Assembly: GCA_039028615.1 (NCBI GenBank)
Contig: JBCCHT010000022.1
Span: forward strand, 128,001-192,000
From: Myxococcota bacterium
Lineage (GTDB): Bacteria > Myxococcota_A > Polyangia > Nannocystales > Nannocystaceae
DNA length: 64,000 nucleotides
Direction of reading: 5' to 3'
The notes under the pieces were generated by a model. That model was not told where the DNA came from. It searched no databases and worked only from the letters and a program-made list of their open reading frames with translations. The position numbers were made by a program, and so were the translations under genes. Positions within the stretch are counted from its first letter, which is position 1. Every line of letters begins with the position of its first letter. Of the stretch, positions 29,253 to 42,484 are shown in pieces.

Positions 29253-30255
29253 GACCGCCGACCCCGAGACCCCGCTCTCCGACGAAGCCAACGCGTCGAT
29301 CGGACGCCGCAGCGGCGGCATCGAGCGCCTCGATGCCCAGTTCGCCTACGTCACCTCGTTGTCGCCGCTGCTGATGACGATCTTGGCGTTCGCGCTGCTG
29401 CCCTTCGGGTTCATGGTCACGTGGGTCGAGGTGATGCTCTTCCTGGTGATGTACGTGCTCGTGATGATCGGGCTCGAGGTCGGCTACCACCGCTACTTCT
29501 CGCATCACCCCTTCAAGGCGTCGCGACCGGTCAAGATCGGCCTGGCGGTCCTGGGCTCCATGGGCTTTCAGGGCCCCGTGATCTGGTGGGCGGCCACGCA
29601 TCGCCGACACCACCGCTACTCCGATCACGATGGCGACCCGCACTCCCCTCGCCGCACCGGTCCCGGCTGGCGCGGGGCGCTACGCGGGCTCTACGAGGGT
29701 CACATGGGCTGGCTCTTCGACAAGAACCGAGCCCGCCCCGACAACTGGTGGATCTACGCCAAAGACCTCTACGCCGACCCCGACATCTTCAAGATCCACT
29801 ACCACTACTTCTACTGGATGCTCTTCGGACTGGTGTTCCCCGCCGTCGTGGGCGGCCTGATCCACGGCACCTTGAAGGGCGCGTTCATGGGCCTTTTGTG
29901 GGGTGGCTTCGTGCGGGTGTTCTTCGGCGATCACTTCATTCGCACCGTGAACTCGGTGTCGCATGTCGTGGGCTCGCGCGCCTTCGAGACCACCGACAAT
30001 AGCCGCAACAACTTCTGGCTCGCGGTGCCGACCCTGGGCCAAGCCTGGCACCACAACCATCACGCGTTCCCGGCCATCGCCACCACCAAGATCGAGTGGT
30101 GGCAGGTCGACCTCGGCTACTGGGTCATCCGCTCGCTCGAGCTGGTCAAGCTCGTCTCGCGGGTCCGCCTGCCCACGCCGCAATCCATCGCCGCCAAGCG
30201 CATCGGCGCCGGGGCGGCCGCATCCCCCCAAGGAGAATCGAATGACGTCGCCTAA
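29245..30255 (+). CDS. Membrane fatty-acyl desaturase / possible acetylenase (JamB-like)
   Basis: His boxes 'HRYFSH', 'HRRHH', 'HHNHH'; 'DGDPHSP'; 'WWQVDLGY'; overlaps FAAL stop. Confidence 0.9.
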   Translation: MAETADPETPLSDEANASIGRRSGGIERLDAQFAYVTSLSPLLMTILAFALLPFGFMVTWVEVMLFLVMYVLVMIGLEVGYHRYFSHHPFKASRPVKIGLAVLGSMGFQGPVIWWAATHRRHHRYSDHDGDPHSPRRTGPGWRGALRGLYEGHMGWLFDKNRARPDNWWIYAKDLYADPDIFKIHYHYFYWMLFGLVFPAVVGGLIHGTLKGAFMGLLWGGFVRVFFGDHFIRTVNSVSHVVGSRAFETTDNSRNNFWLAVPTLGQAWHHNHHAFPAIATTKIEWWQVDLGYWVIRSLELVKLVSRVRLPTPQSIAAKRIGAGAAASPQGESNDVA

Positions 30256-30505
30256 CGACCGCACGCAGGAGATCACGGACTGGCTGGTCAAGACGGTCGC
30301 CAAGACCCTCGAGATTCCCGCGTTCGAGATCGACACCACCGCCTCCTTCGAGCGCTACGGCATGGACTCTTCGGCCGCGGTGCACATCGTGGGCGAGCTC
30401 GAGAAGTGGCTCGGTCGCAAGCTGCCGAGCAACCTGGCGTATCAGTACTCGTCGATCTCCGCGCTGGCGCAATTCATCGCGTCCTCCGAGCAGGCCGCGA
30501 GCTAG
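30242..30505 (+). CDS. Acyl carrier protein
   Basis: 87 aa; 'FERYGMDS' phosphopantetheine Ser; RBS aaggag; overlaps desaturase stop. Confidence 0.92.
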   Translation: MTSPNDRTQEITDWLVKTVAKTLEIPAFEIDTTASFERYGMDSSAAVHIVGELEKWLGRKLPSNLAYQYSSISALAQFIASSEQAAS

Positions 30506-30812
30506 CCCCGCCATCGGCCGCAGCGCACCACGCCGCTGCTCGCGACGCCGAGCGGCGGCATTCGCATGCCGCGATTTCGACGGAGCGATGGATGCTCGTA
30601 CGCCCAAACCCACGGGTATGACAACCTCCTCGGTTTTCATTCAGCTCGGGTGACGATTTCCTCCGTTCGGCGAAAAAGGGCGGGCTCACGGCCCTTTGCC
30701 CCCGAGAAAAACGAGGTCGGCTGAATAATCCCCGCGAAACAAGCGATCCACGCTACGTCGCGCCACTGCGCTCGAAGCCCCTCCTGGAGCCGGCGCGACG
30801 AGGGATTTCGCC

Positions 30813-33769
<2,957 letters not shown>

Positions 33770-33773
<4 letters not shown>

Positions 33774-34654
33774 ACCGGGGTCCAGCGCACGTAGAGACTC
33801 GCGTGACCGTTGTCGAGACCGCTCGACTCGTACTCGGCCCGCACGCGGATGCTTGGGCCTTCCCCGCGAGCGAAGTCGTCGTCGTCCACGGCGCGGTCGA
33901 AGCCGGTCCCCTTCAGGGCTTGCTCGATCTCCCGGTGACGCTCCTGGTCGGCCGGGAGCGCGGGATGGGTCTCCATGGTGGTGCGTCTGGCCTGGTAGGC
34001 CTGCTCCCAGCGGCGCCAGATCTGCCAGTCCTCGAGGGCGAGGCGGAACACCTCGTCGGACAAGGGCGTGAGCGCATAGATGTCGTCGTCCGCGTCGATG
34101 TCGGCGAACTCGGAGGCAAAACGATGGGGCACGCCGCGAAAGTTGGTGACTCCCCCTCGAGGATGATCCCACCAATCGGGCACGGAGTAGATCTTGTCCC
34201 ACCCGTCCGGAGGCGGCGCAGGCAGCTCGCCCGTGGCGCGCACGACGATCGCCTGCAGGCCGCCGCCCGCCTTCGCGAAGTGCAACTCGGCCCCGCCCTC
34301 GACCTGGAGCACTTCACCATCATCGCGCGCTTCGACGGGGCGGGCGTCGATCTCGTGGCGCTGCAGCAGCGCCCGTACGGCCGACGGCGACGCTCCCGAA
34401 AGCTCCGCCAGGATCCACGGGTCGAGGGTCCGGCCCTCCCCCGCATTGGGCTGCCCGAGTTCCGCGAGGGATAGCCGACCGACGCGCCCACACGCGAGCA
34501 GGTGCGCCTCGAAGCTGCCGTAGCGCCACACCTGCTGGGCTCGAGCGTCGCGCTCACCGAGGCAGGCACGAAGCTCGTGGCCGTCGATGCCGAGCAGCGC
34601 GCCCCCCAATGAACCCCGTACGATCAGGTCCTCGATCGAAAACACCACGGTCAT
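33770..34654 (-). CDS. Hypothetical protein, apparently two domains
   Basis: 294-aa ORF with plausible composition; stop overlaps the kinase stop (CTAG). Confidence 0.6.
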
Positions 34655-34708
34655 GGCTTCGGTCGAGCACCACGGTAGGCCAAAGCCACGGGGGCTTCCA
34701 CCGCGGAC

Positions 34709-35929
34709 TCAGAGCTTGGACGCGCGGCCGAGATACACGCTGCCGGGGTGAGCCTTGCGTAGCGCACCGATGGCCGCGTCGCGCTGCTCGATGCGCCCGA
34801 GTCGGTGGAGCGCCTGGACCTTGCCCCAATGCGCTTCCTCGGCCAGCGCACCGCCTCCGCCGTCGAGATAGCGCGCAAAGGCCCGCAGCGCCGCCTTGGA
34901 CCGGCCCCGACGCAGCTCGAGCTCACCGACCGAGACGTTGGCGGTGTGAGCCTCGGCGGACCGCGGATGCTGTCGGCGCAAGGTCGCGTAGGTGGCCAGG
35001 GCCCGACCGGAGTTGCCCGCCGCCACGTGTCGCCGCGCCGCGCTGAGCAGCTCGCCCGGTGTCGTGGTCGGAGGCCGAGGGCTCACCGCCGGCTCCGGCT
35101 CGGGCTCCACCTCGGCCGCGGGGGGCTCGACGACGACGTCCGCCACCGCGGGTTCCGGGGCGACCGGCACGGGCTCGGGTTCGACGGCCGGGTTCGGCTC
35201 GGCCTGGGCCAGCGCCTGCTCGCCTCCCCACGCGATGCGCTGACCGGGCTCGACGGTCTGCGACTCGAAGGTCACCTGCCCGCGCTCGGCCTGCAGCCAT
35301 CCCCCGTCCGGGGTGAGCACCAGCTCGAATGCAGCCTCGGTCGCCACGAGGTTGCCATGGCGCGTCTCGAAACGACCCGAGCCCTCGAACGTCAGCTCGC
35401 CCGTGTCCAGCTCGATGGCGTCGCCACGGGTGCGTAGCCGGGCTGACGCCGACACGCACCCCTGCCCCTTCGCCACGTCCACACACGCGCGCTCGCGGGC
35501 CACCACCCAGCGCTCGACCGGTAGCTCGTCGCCCGACGACAGCGCCAGGTCGTCACTCATGAGCGTGCCGCTGGTGACCACCGCCCGCCCTTCCGCCTCG
35601 TGCAGCGTGGTGCGATCGGGCAGCCCGGTCCACAGCACCAAAGCCGCCGCTGCAGCCACGAAAGCCGCCCCGACACCCATCGCCACGCGACGGGAAGGCG
35701 GAGGCGCCTGCTCGCGGCGGAACCGAGCCAAGGTCTCCTCTGCCCGCGCGAGGTCCTTGGCCAGCACCGGGCCCGGCTCGCCCGCGCGCTGCATGGAACG
35801 ATACAGCTGCCGCTCGCGCTCGACCTCGGCGTCGTCGATCTCGGCCAACAGCCGCAGCTCGGACTCGGTCAGCTCGTCGCCCACCGCCTCGGCGTCGGCC
35901 AGCTCGGCCCAACGGGTCGCGTCGCTCAT
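34709..35929 (-). CDS. Putative anti-sigma factor (TM, FecR-like beta region, TPR)
   Basis: ATGA overlap with the ECF sigma; single TM; C-terminal TPR 'ALRAFARYL'. Confidence 0.75.
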   Translation of the reverse strand: MSDATRWAELADAEAVGDELTESELRLLAEIDDAEVERERQLYRSMQRAGEPGPVLAKDLARAEETLARFRREQAPPPSRRVAMGVGAAFVAAAAALVLWTGLPDRTTLHEAEGRAVVTSGTLMSDDLALSSGDELPVERWVVARERACVDVAKGQGCVSASARLRTRGDAIELDTGELTFEGSGRFETRHGNLVATEAAFELVLTPDGGWLQAERGQVTFESQTVEPGQRIAWGGEQALAQAEPNPAVEPEPVPVAPEPAVADVVVEPPAAEVEPEPEPAVSPRPPTTTPGELLSAARRHVAAGNSGRALATYATLRRQHPRSAEAHTANVSVGELELRRGRSKAALRAFARYLDGGGGALAEEAHWGKVQALHRLGRIEQRDAAIGALRKAHPGSVYLGRASKL

Positions 35930-36627
35930 CCGCCCGCTCCTTCGCGGCGGGGTGCCAGCGCAGCGTCGCGGCGAATCAGAGCCCGCAGAGCGCGGCGACC
36001 GTACAAGAGCCGAGACTTGACCGTGTCCACGGGCGCGCCGACCAGCTGCGCCACCTCGGCCACGCTGTGGTCGAGCACGTGACGCAGCACCAACGCCTCG
36101 CGCTGCGGCTCGGACAGCGAGCCGAGGTACTCCTCGAGCTCGCGCGGCAGCCCTTCGCCCAGGCTGGGAACCGGCGCGGGCTCGGGCGCGGCGGGCACTT
36201 CGGCCGACAGCTCCACCACCCGCAGCCGACGTTGGTTCTGCTCGCGCAAGCGCAGACAGGCATGCGCAGCCACGCGTCGAGACCATCGCACCAGGCTCGA
36301 GTCACCGCGGTAGGTCGGTAACCCCTCGAGCACCCGCATCAGGGCGACCTGCACCGCGTCGTCGACATCCGCCGGGTTGTGGAGGATGGCCCGCGCCACC
36401 ACCCGCAGGTGCGGCAGCAGGCGCTCGAGCAGCTCGCCTTCGGCCCGCGAGTCCCCGCGACGCACCCGACGCGCCAGCGCCACGTCCTCGCGGCGGCGTG
36501 CGGCCGGATCCGGGGCGGTGGAAGCGTTCGCGGCTCGCGCGAGGCTCAGCACCCAGGTCCGCGCGCGCTCCACCCACGGCGGGAGCCGCAGCGGAGGAGC
36601 GGGCCAAACGGCAACATGCGCGGGCAC
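35926..36627 (-). CDS. ECF RNA polymerase sigma factor
   Basis: 'DVDDAVQ', 'YRGDSSLVRW', 'QREALVLRH..SVAEVA..VDTVKSRL'; start uncertain. Confidence 0.9.
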   Translation of the reverse strand: MPAHVAVWPAPPLRLPPWVERARTWVLSLARAANASTAPDPAARRREDVALARRVRRGDSRAEGELLERLLPHLRVVARAILHNPADVDDAVQVALMRVLEGLPTYRGDSSLVRWSRRVAAHACLRLREQNQRRLRVVELSAEVPAAPEPAPVPSLGEGLPRELEEYLGSLSEPQREALVLRHVLDHSVAEVAQLVGAPVDTVKSRLLYGRRALRALIRRDAALAPRREGAGG

Positions 36628-36705
36628 GGTGGATCTCGATACCCGAGCGGGGCCATCGGGGTGAAGTCGGATCGCAGTTTTTTCCTGAATGGCGCTACAG
36701 GCCCG

Positions 36706-37878
36706 CTAGCGCAGCCGAAACAGCAATCCGGCACGCACGCGGGGGCGCACGCGCCAAGGGTCCAGCGCCACTCGCCGGGCACTGCCCTCACATGTCGGTG
36801 CCGCCTCGTCGCACTCGATGAACGCGAAGCGATTGAGCACCACGCCGACCCCGGGCTCGAGTACCACGGCAACCCGCGGGCTCACGTCGAGCGCTACGCC
36901 ACCGTCGATGCCCGCGCTCGCCATGACTCGCCACCCCGTCGTGCTCGTCGTGCGGTCGATCCAGCGCAGGCCCTCCGCCGCCACGCCACCCAGCGCATGG
37001 AGGCTCACCCGCGATCCCACGCGCCACTGCGGGCCTGCGCGCAGCTGCCCCGCTTGCCGCCAGGTTACCGCCGGGTCGTCACCGAACCACGGGATCATGA
37101 GGTCGTAGTCCGCGGTCAGGCGCCAGCGAGCGCCGAGCTCCAAGAAGCCACCGATCGAGACCCCGCTCTGCCACGGTACCGCGGCCGCCAATCCCTCGCC
37201 GCGATAGGCCAGCGACAGGCCCCCGCGAACCCGCGGCGGTGGCTGACTTCGCGGGGGCTCGGGCGGTGTTTCGACCTCGGGCTCTGGCTCCGGTTCGGGC
37301 GCTGGTTCGGGTTCGGCTGCAGGCTCGGGCTCGGCCGGCTCCGGGCCTTCTTGCGTGGCCAGCTCGGCGGTGGAGGCCTCCTCCATCGCCAGCTCCGTGC
37401 CCGCCGCCAAGGCCAGGCTCCCCGCCTTGACGATGATCCACAGCGCCTCGCGACTGGCCTCCTCACTGCTGGGATCGACCGGCACCCGCCGCACGAAGGC
37501 CGCCCCCTCGGACGCCAGCAGGAACACCCGGATCTCGGCCGGATCGCGGGCATCGAACCAGAACACGCCGCGCACGGGCGCATCGCCCTCGAGCAGCTGC
37601 CTGGCCAGCGGACCCGAGACCTCGTCGGCCGTCTGCGGCCGCACCACCAGCTCGATGTCCTCCCCGCGCAGCTGAGCCGCCGCGGCCCCGAGCGCCTCGA
37701 TCAACGCCGGATCCTCCTCGGTCCGCACCAGCACGTAGACCACGGTGGCATCCACCACCGGGTCGCTCGCCTCGGGCTCGGGCGACGCGACGACCATCGC
37801 GGGGGGCACTGCAACACCGGTCAGCACCGCCCCGAGCAACCATGAGCCGCACCTCGTCGTCGCTCGCGCCAGGCTCAC
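36706..37878 (-). CDS. Exported protein with probable C-terminal outer-membrane beta-barrel
   Basis: Signal peptide, Pro/Glu linker, alternating beta strands ending 'RAGLLFRLR'. Confidence 0.65.
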   Translation of the reverse strand: MSLARATTRCGSWLLGAVLTGVAVPPAMVVASPEPEASDPVVDATVVYVLVRTEEDPALIEALGAAAAQLRGEDIELVVRPQTADEVSGPLARQLLEGDAPVRGVFWFDARDPAEIRVFLLASEGAAFVRRVPVDPSSEEASREALWIIVKAGSLALAAGTELAMEEASTAELATQEGPEPAEPEPAAEPEPAPEPEPEPEVETPPEPPRSQPPPRVRGGLSLAYRGEGLAAAVPWQSGVSIGGFLELGARWRLTADYDLMIPWFGDDPAVTWRQAGQLRAGPQWRVGSRVSLHALGGVAAEGLRWIDRTTSTTGWRVMASAGIDGGVALDVSPRVAVVLEPGVGVVLNRFAFIECDEAAPTCEGSARRVALDPWRVRPRVRAGLLFRLR

Positions 37879-37941
37879 GACGGTATCACGGCGCGAACGG
37901 GTGCCCGCGGGGCACGATTCTCCCCGCGGGACTGCACGAAC

Positions 37942-38841
37942 TCAGCCGGTGGACGCGACCGGGCGAGGGCCCTTGCGCGCACCAAAGGTGTGCTCTTCGC
38001 CGGGAAATTGTCGCCCGCGGACTTCGTCGCCGTAGCGCTTCACCGCGGCCACGCTGCGATCGAACAGCTCGTCGTAGCGCTTGACGAACTTGGGACGCAG
38101 GTCGGGGGTGAGGCCGAGCAGGTCGTAGCAGACCAACACTTGCCCATCGCACTCCACCCCGGCCCCGATCCCGATGGTGGGGATGTCGATCTCGGCGGTG
38201 ATGCGGGCGGCGAGCTCACCCGGAATGCCCTCGAGCACCAGCGCGTAGGCCCCGGCGTCGGCCACCGCGTGCGCGTCGGCCAGGATGCGACGGGCGTCGT
38301 CCTCGTCGCGCCCTTGGACCCGGAAGCCACCCATCGCATGCACGCTCTGGGGGGTGAGCCCCACGTGGGCCATGACGGGAATGCCCGCCGCGACCATGCG
38401 CGCGATGGTGGGCGCCACCGAAGCACCGCCCTCGAGCTTCACCGAGTGGGCCCTTCCCTCGGCGATGAGACGCCCGGCGTTGCGGACCGCCTCTTCGGGG
38501 GTGACCTGGTAGCTGAGGAAGGGCATGTCGCCCACGATGTGAGCCGTTCGGGCCCCTCGCGCGACCGCCTTGCAGTGGTAGATGATCTCGTCGACGGTGA
38601 CGGACAGGGTGTCGTCGTTGCCCTGGACCACCATGCCGAGCGAGTCGCCTACGAGCAGGATGTCGGCCCCCGCTTCGTCGAGGATGCGAGCGAAGGTCGC
38701 ATCGTAGGCCGTGACCATGACCAGCGGGTCGGCGCCTTTGGCCGCGCGGATCTTGGGGACGGTGACTTTCTTTCGAGGTGCGGGGGTTGGCTCAGCTCCG
38801 ACGCGTCCGTAGCTGGCCTCACGAATCTCGTTTTTGGACAC
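37942..38841 (-). CDS. panB: 3-methyl-2-oxobutanoate hydroxymethyltransferase
   Basis: 'MVTAYD', 'LVGDSLGM', 'DMPFLSY', 'VKLEGG', 'HVGLTPQ', 'GIGAG..CDGQVLV'. Confidence 0.97.
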   Translation of the reverse strand: MSKNEIREASYGRVGAEPTPAPRKKVTVPKIRAAKGADPLVMVTAYDATFARILDEAGADILLVGDSLGMVVQGNDDTLSVTVDEIIYHCKAVARGARTAHIVGDMPFLSYQVTPEEAVRNAGRLIAEGRAHSVKLEGGASVAPTIARMVAAGIPVMAHVGLTPQSVHAMGGFRVQGRDEDDARRILADAHAVADAGAYALVLEGIPGELAARITAEIDIPTIGIGAGVECDGQVLVCYDLLGLTPDLRPKFVKRYDELFDRSVAAVKRYGDEVRGRQFPGEEHTFGARKGPRPVASTG

Positions 38842-39108
38842 TTTGGTTTTGTGGCGCCTGGGTCGCGGCCGAGTTCATCCCGGTCCACGCCTGTTGGAAC
38901 GCAGGCGGAATCTAGCACGAGGCTCGAAGTTGGCCGCCCCTGCCCTCGGGACCCGACGTGACCGGAGCCCCTACTGTCGTTCATCTGCCCGAAATTCCAA
39001 CAAAAAGCGCCGTTTGACAGCGATTCGGAGCGCATGACAGATTTCCGCGGTCGTTTGGATGATGTGCCGCGCAGCGGCCTCCCGAGCGACGGATCAAAGG
39101 AGATCATC

Positions 39109-39693
39109 GTGAGCTTCGAGTTGCCCAACCTCCCCTACGCCAAAGATGCGCTCGCGCCCCATATGAGCGCCGAGACCTTCGACTACCACCACGGCAAGCA
39201 TCACCAGGCCTACGTCAACAAGCTCAACGCGCTGACCGAAGGCACCCCCAACGCCGACAAGTCCCTCGAGGAGCTCATCAAGAGCACCGACGGTGGTCTG
39301 TTCAACCAAGCCGCTCAGGTCTGGAACCACACGTTCTTCTGGAACTCGATGAAGCCCCAAGGCGGCGGCGCTCCCTCGGGCGACCTCGCGGCGGCCATCG
39401 ACCGTGACTTCGGCAGCCTCGACGGCTTCAAGGAGGCCTTCACCAAGGCCGCCGCCACTCGCTTCGGCTCCGGCTGGGCCTGGCTGGTCAAGGGCGCCGA
39501 CGGCAAGCTCTCGGTCACCAGCACCGCCAGCGCGGACAACCCCATGACCGACGGCCTGACCCCCATCCTGACCCTCGACGTCTGGGAGCACGCCTACTAC
39601 GTGGACTACCGCAACGCGCGGCCCAAGTTCATCGGCGCCTTCCTCGACAGCCTGGTCAACTGGGACTTCGCTGCCGCCAACTTCAGCAAGTAA
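39109..39693 (+). CDS. sodB: Superoxide dismutase [Fe]
   Basis: 'HHGKHHQAYV', 'AAQVWNH', 'FGSGWAWL', 'DVWEHAYY'; GTG start after aaggag. Confidence 0.96.
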   Translation: MSFELPNLPYAKDALAPHMSAETFDYHHGKHHQAYVNKLNALTEGTPNADKSLEELIKSTDGGLFNQAAQVWNHTFFWNSMKPQGGGAPSGDLAAAIDRDFGSLDGFKEAFTKAAATRFGSGWAWLVKGADGKLSVTSTASADNPMTDGLTPILTLDVWEHAYYVDYRNARPKFIGAFLDSLVNWDFAAANFSK

Positions 39694-39710
39694 GTCCCGG
39701 CGTCGCCGAC

Positions 39711-39743
39711 GAAGAAGCCGCTCCCTCGGGGGCGGCTTTTTTC
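39711..39743. terminator. Intrinsic terminator after sodB, likely bidirectional
   Basis: gaagaagccgctcc-ctcg-ggggcggcttttttc. Confidence 0.85.
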
Positions 39744-39748
39744 GTGCC

Positions 39749-42484
39749 TCAGTCGGAGATGATCCAGGTCTCGCCGGCCAGCGCCATCATGTTGGGCTCC
39801 TGGCCCCACCACAGCGCGACCGGCAGGTGCTTGAGCGCGGTGAGCATGCCCAGCGGCACCGCGCTGCGCAACGCCATCATGGCCGGGGTGGCGCTGCCGA
39901 AGGCCGATGCTCCGGTACGACCCAGCGGCGAAGGGATGTCGAAGCCGAACATCGCCCGCAGGTTCTCGATGGGGCGTCGAGCGGCGGGTACGATTTCCAC
40001 CGTGCCTTCGTCGGGCTCGAGGCCGGCGATGGCCCGGGCCCGCAGCACCGCCTCTCGCACGCCGCCGTAGTCGTCGACCAGGCCCTCCTCGATGGCTCGC
40101 ACGCCGGACCACACGCGGCCCCGCGCCACTCGATCGGCCTGCGCCAGCGTCATCGAGCGGGCTTTGGCCACGCGTGAGAGGAACTGCCCGTAGACCATCT
40201 CGACGTCGGCCTGGGCCGCGGCGCGCTCGTCTTCGTCCATGGGCCGCAGCCACGAGCGCATGCCCGCCCGGCGGCCGAAGTCTTCCTCGTCGACGGTGAT
40301 GCCCAGCCGCTCGAGCGCGCCGGACACGTCCACCTTGGGGAAGAACACGCCGATGCTGCCCGTGAAGGTCGTCGCGTCGGCGTAGATGTACTGGCCCGAG
40401 GTCGCGATGTAGTAGCCCCCGCTCGCGCACGCGTTGCCCATGGAGATGACGACCGGCTTGACCTTGCGGACCAGGTCGAGCTCGCGGGCGATGGCGTCGG
40501 CCGTGCCCACGTCGCCGCCGAGGCTGTTGACCCGCACCACCACCGCGCGGACGCTGGGGTCCTTGCGCAGGCGCTCGATCTCCTTGGTCAGGGTGCGATC
40601 GCCGGCCACCGTGCGGTCGATGATGGGGATGGTGAAGCTGTCGCCGCGGACGAGGTCACCCTCGATGAGCAGCACCGCGATGCGCGGGGGCGGGCCGAAG
40701 GCCATGCGGTGCTGCTGCGACTGTTGCGGGGTCTCGATGCGAATGCGTCGGCCCAGCCACTTCTCGAGCTTGGCGTCGAGCTCGTCGGGGAAGGCCAGCT
40801 CGTCGACGATGCCGCGCTCCAGCGCCTCTGGGGAGGACATCGGCTGGTCGTCGATCCACTCTCGGACCACCCGCACGTCCTCGCCGCGGTCGCGCGCGAT
40901 CATCCGCAGCACGTGGTTCCAGACGTCGGCGTACAGGTGATGCCGCTGCGAGGCCACGGGCGCCGAAGCGGTGCTGCGGTGGGCTTTCTCGGGCCACGCT
41001 TTGTACTCGGCCACCCGCACGAACTCGGGCACGACCCCCAGCTTCTCGAGCAGCTCGCCGTAATACAGCGTCTGCGTCCGCATGCCGGTCATCTCGAGAC
41101 CCAGGTGCGGGTGCACGATGATGCGATCGGCCGCGCTGGCGAGGAAGTAGCTGCGCAGTGCGCCGCCGTTCATGTACACGATGACCGTGCCGCGACGGTT
41201 GCGGACCCTCAGCATCGCCTCGCGGATTTCCTCGATCTGGGCGAAGTCGAAGCCCATCGAGCGGGTCTCGAGCAGCACCGTGCCGCGACGCTCCGCCGCG
41301 TCGTCGAGCTCGTCGAGCACCGCCATCATGCCGCGGTCGCCGTCGTAGCGAGCCAGGGCGAGCTTGGCGACCACGCGCGGCCGCGATGCCACCGCGGGGT
41401 ACCGATCTTGCGAGATGCGTAGGCGCGCCGCCGCCCCGTCGACCCCGAAGCCGCTGCCGTTGCGGGCGTTGATCGACGCCAGCGGCGCGACCGCGAAGCC
41501 CACATTGGCGAAGTTGATCTCCACCCCCGCCTGGACCCGGGCCGCGACGCGAGCGGCGGCCAGGTTGTCCTCGAAGACGATCGGGTTGAAGCGCATCATC
41601 TCGGCCTCGGCGAACAGCCGCACGCCCCCAAACGAGGTCATGATGCGCCCGCGAGGGTCGGCCTCGTTGATCCGAAAGCGACGCAGCGCGCCGGGAATGG
41701 CCGGGGCAAAGCGAGCCCCCACCGCGACCTCGAAGGCCGGCGTGCCCAAGGGGCGGATGGCGATTTCCGGGTCGATGACGACCGGCTGGATCTCGGCCTC
41801 TTCCCGACCGGTACGCGGCATGTTGATCGCCCGCCCCACCAGGCCCATGGCCAAGAACCGGCTGGGCCAGTAGCTCACCGCCAGATCGAACTGGTTGGTC
41901 CCGTGGGCGTGGAAGTTCCCCGAGGAGACCGAGCGCGAGACACCAAAGCCGATGGACAGCCGGTCGAGACCGCGGGCGAGGCTCTTGGCGCGCGGGCGAA
42001 AGACCCGGACCCAGGAGCCCAGCGGAATGGAGGTGGCGAAGGTGACCTTGTGGAACAGGTCGTCCGTGCCCTGCGGATCGGCCAGGTCCTCGCCGTCGTC
42101 CGACTGCGGCCCCTCGGGCTGGAACGGCAGACCCAGCTGATAACCCAGGCCCAGCGCGATGAGGCGCAGCGGCACGGGGATGCCGATGAAGGCCCCCACC
42201 CCGCTGCCCCTACGACGGCGCTGTTGCCCCATCAACGAGAAATCGATCACCCCGTTGATGCCGTCGAGAAAGCCGAGGTTGGCCGGGTTGGTCACCGTCG
42301 ACGCGCCGTCGCCCTCGCCGGCCACGACCGTGTAGACCCGATCGTTGTCCCGCGTGATCGGTCGCGCCTCGCCCTCGAGCGGGTTGGCGTGGGTCGGGCC
42401 GGGCGCCAGGGTGAGGGCTGTGCCCGCGATGGCAGCCAGTCTCGCCAGGCGTCGCGCGAGCGCAGAGATCATCCCTTGATCCAT
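39749..42484 (-). CDS. sppA: Second long-form SppA (S49) with N-terminal beta-rich domain
   Basis: 'EYKAWPE', 'RVNSLGG', 'MGNACASGGYY', 'TGSIGV', 'RGRVWSG'; signal peptide; 'NPANL'. Confidence 0.88.
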   Translation of the reverse strand: MDQGMISALARRLARLAAIAGTALTLAPGPTHANPLEGEARPITRDNDRVYTVVAGEGDGASTVTNPANLGFLDGINGVIDFSLMGQQRRRRGSGVGAFIGIPVPLRLIALGLGYQLGLPFQPEGPQSDDGEDLADPQGTDDLFHKVTFATSIPLGSWVRVFRPRAKSLARGLDRLSIGFGVSRSVSSGNFHAHGTNQFDLAVSYWPSRFLAMGLVGRAINMPRTGREEAEIQPVVIDPEIAIRPLGTPAFEVAVGARFAPAIPGALRRFRINEADPRGRIMTSFGGVRLFAEAEMMRFNPIVFEDNLAAARVAARVQAGVEINFANVGFAVAPLASINARNGSGFGVDGAAARLRISQDRYPAVASRPRVVAKLALARYDGDRGMMAVLDELDDAAERRGTVLLETRSMGFDFAQIEEIREAMLRVRNRRGTVIVYMNGGALRSYFLASAADRIIVHPHLGLEMTGMRTQTLYYGELLEKLGVVPEFVRVAEYKAWPEKAHRSTASAPVASQRHHLYADVWNHVLRMIARDRGEDVRVVREWIDDQPMSSPEALERGIVDELAFPDELDAKLEKWLGRRIRIETPQQSQQHRMAFGPPPRIAVLLIEGDLVRGDSFTIPIIDRTVAGDRTLTKEIERLRKDPSVRAVVVRVNSLGGDVGTADAIARELDLVRKVKPVVISMGNACASGGYYIATSGQYIYADATTFTGSIGVFFPKVDVSGALERLGITVDEEDFGRRAGMRSWLRPMDEDERAAAQADVEMVYGQFLSRVAKARSMTLAQADRVARGRVWSGVRAIEEGLVDDYGGVREAVLRARAIAGLEPDEGTVEIVPAARRPIENLRAMFGFDIPSPLGRTGASAFGSATPAMMALRSAVPLGMLTALKHLPVALWWGQEPNMMALAGETWIISD

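Noticed and set aside
39014..39043. TTGACA upstream of sodB as a sigma70 promoter
   Set aside because: Perfect -35 but no convincing -10 at 16-18 bp spacing.
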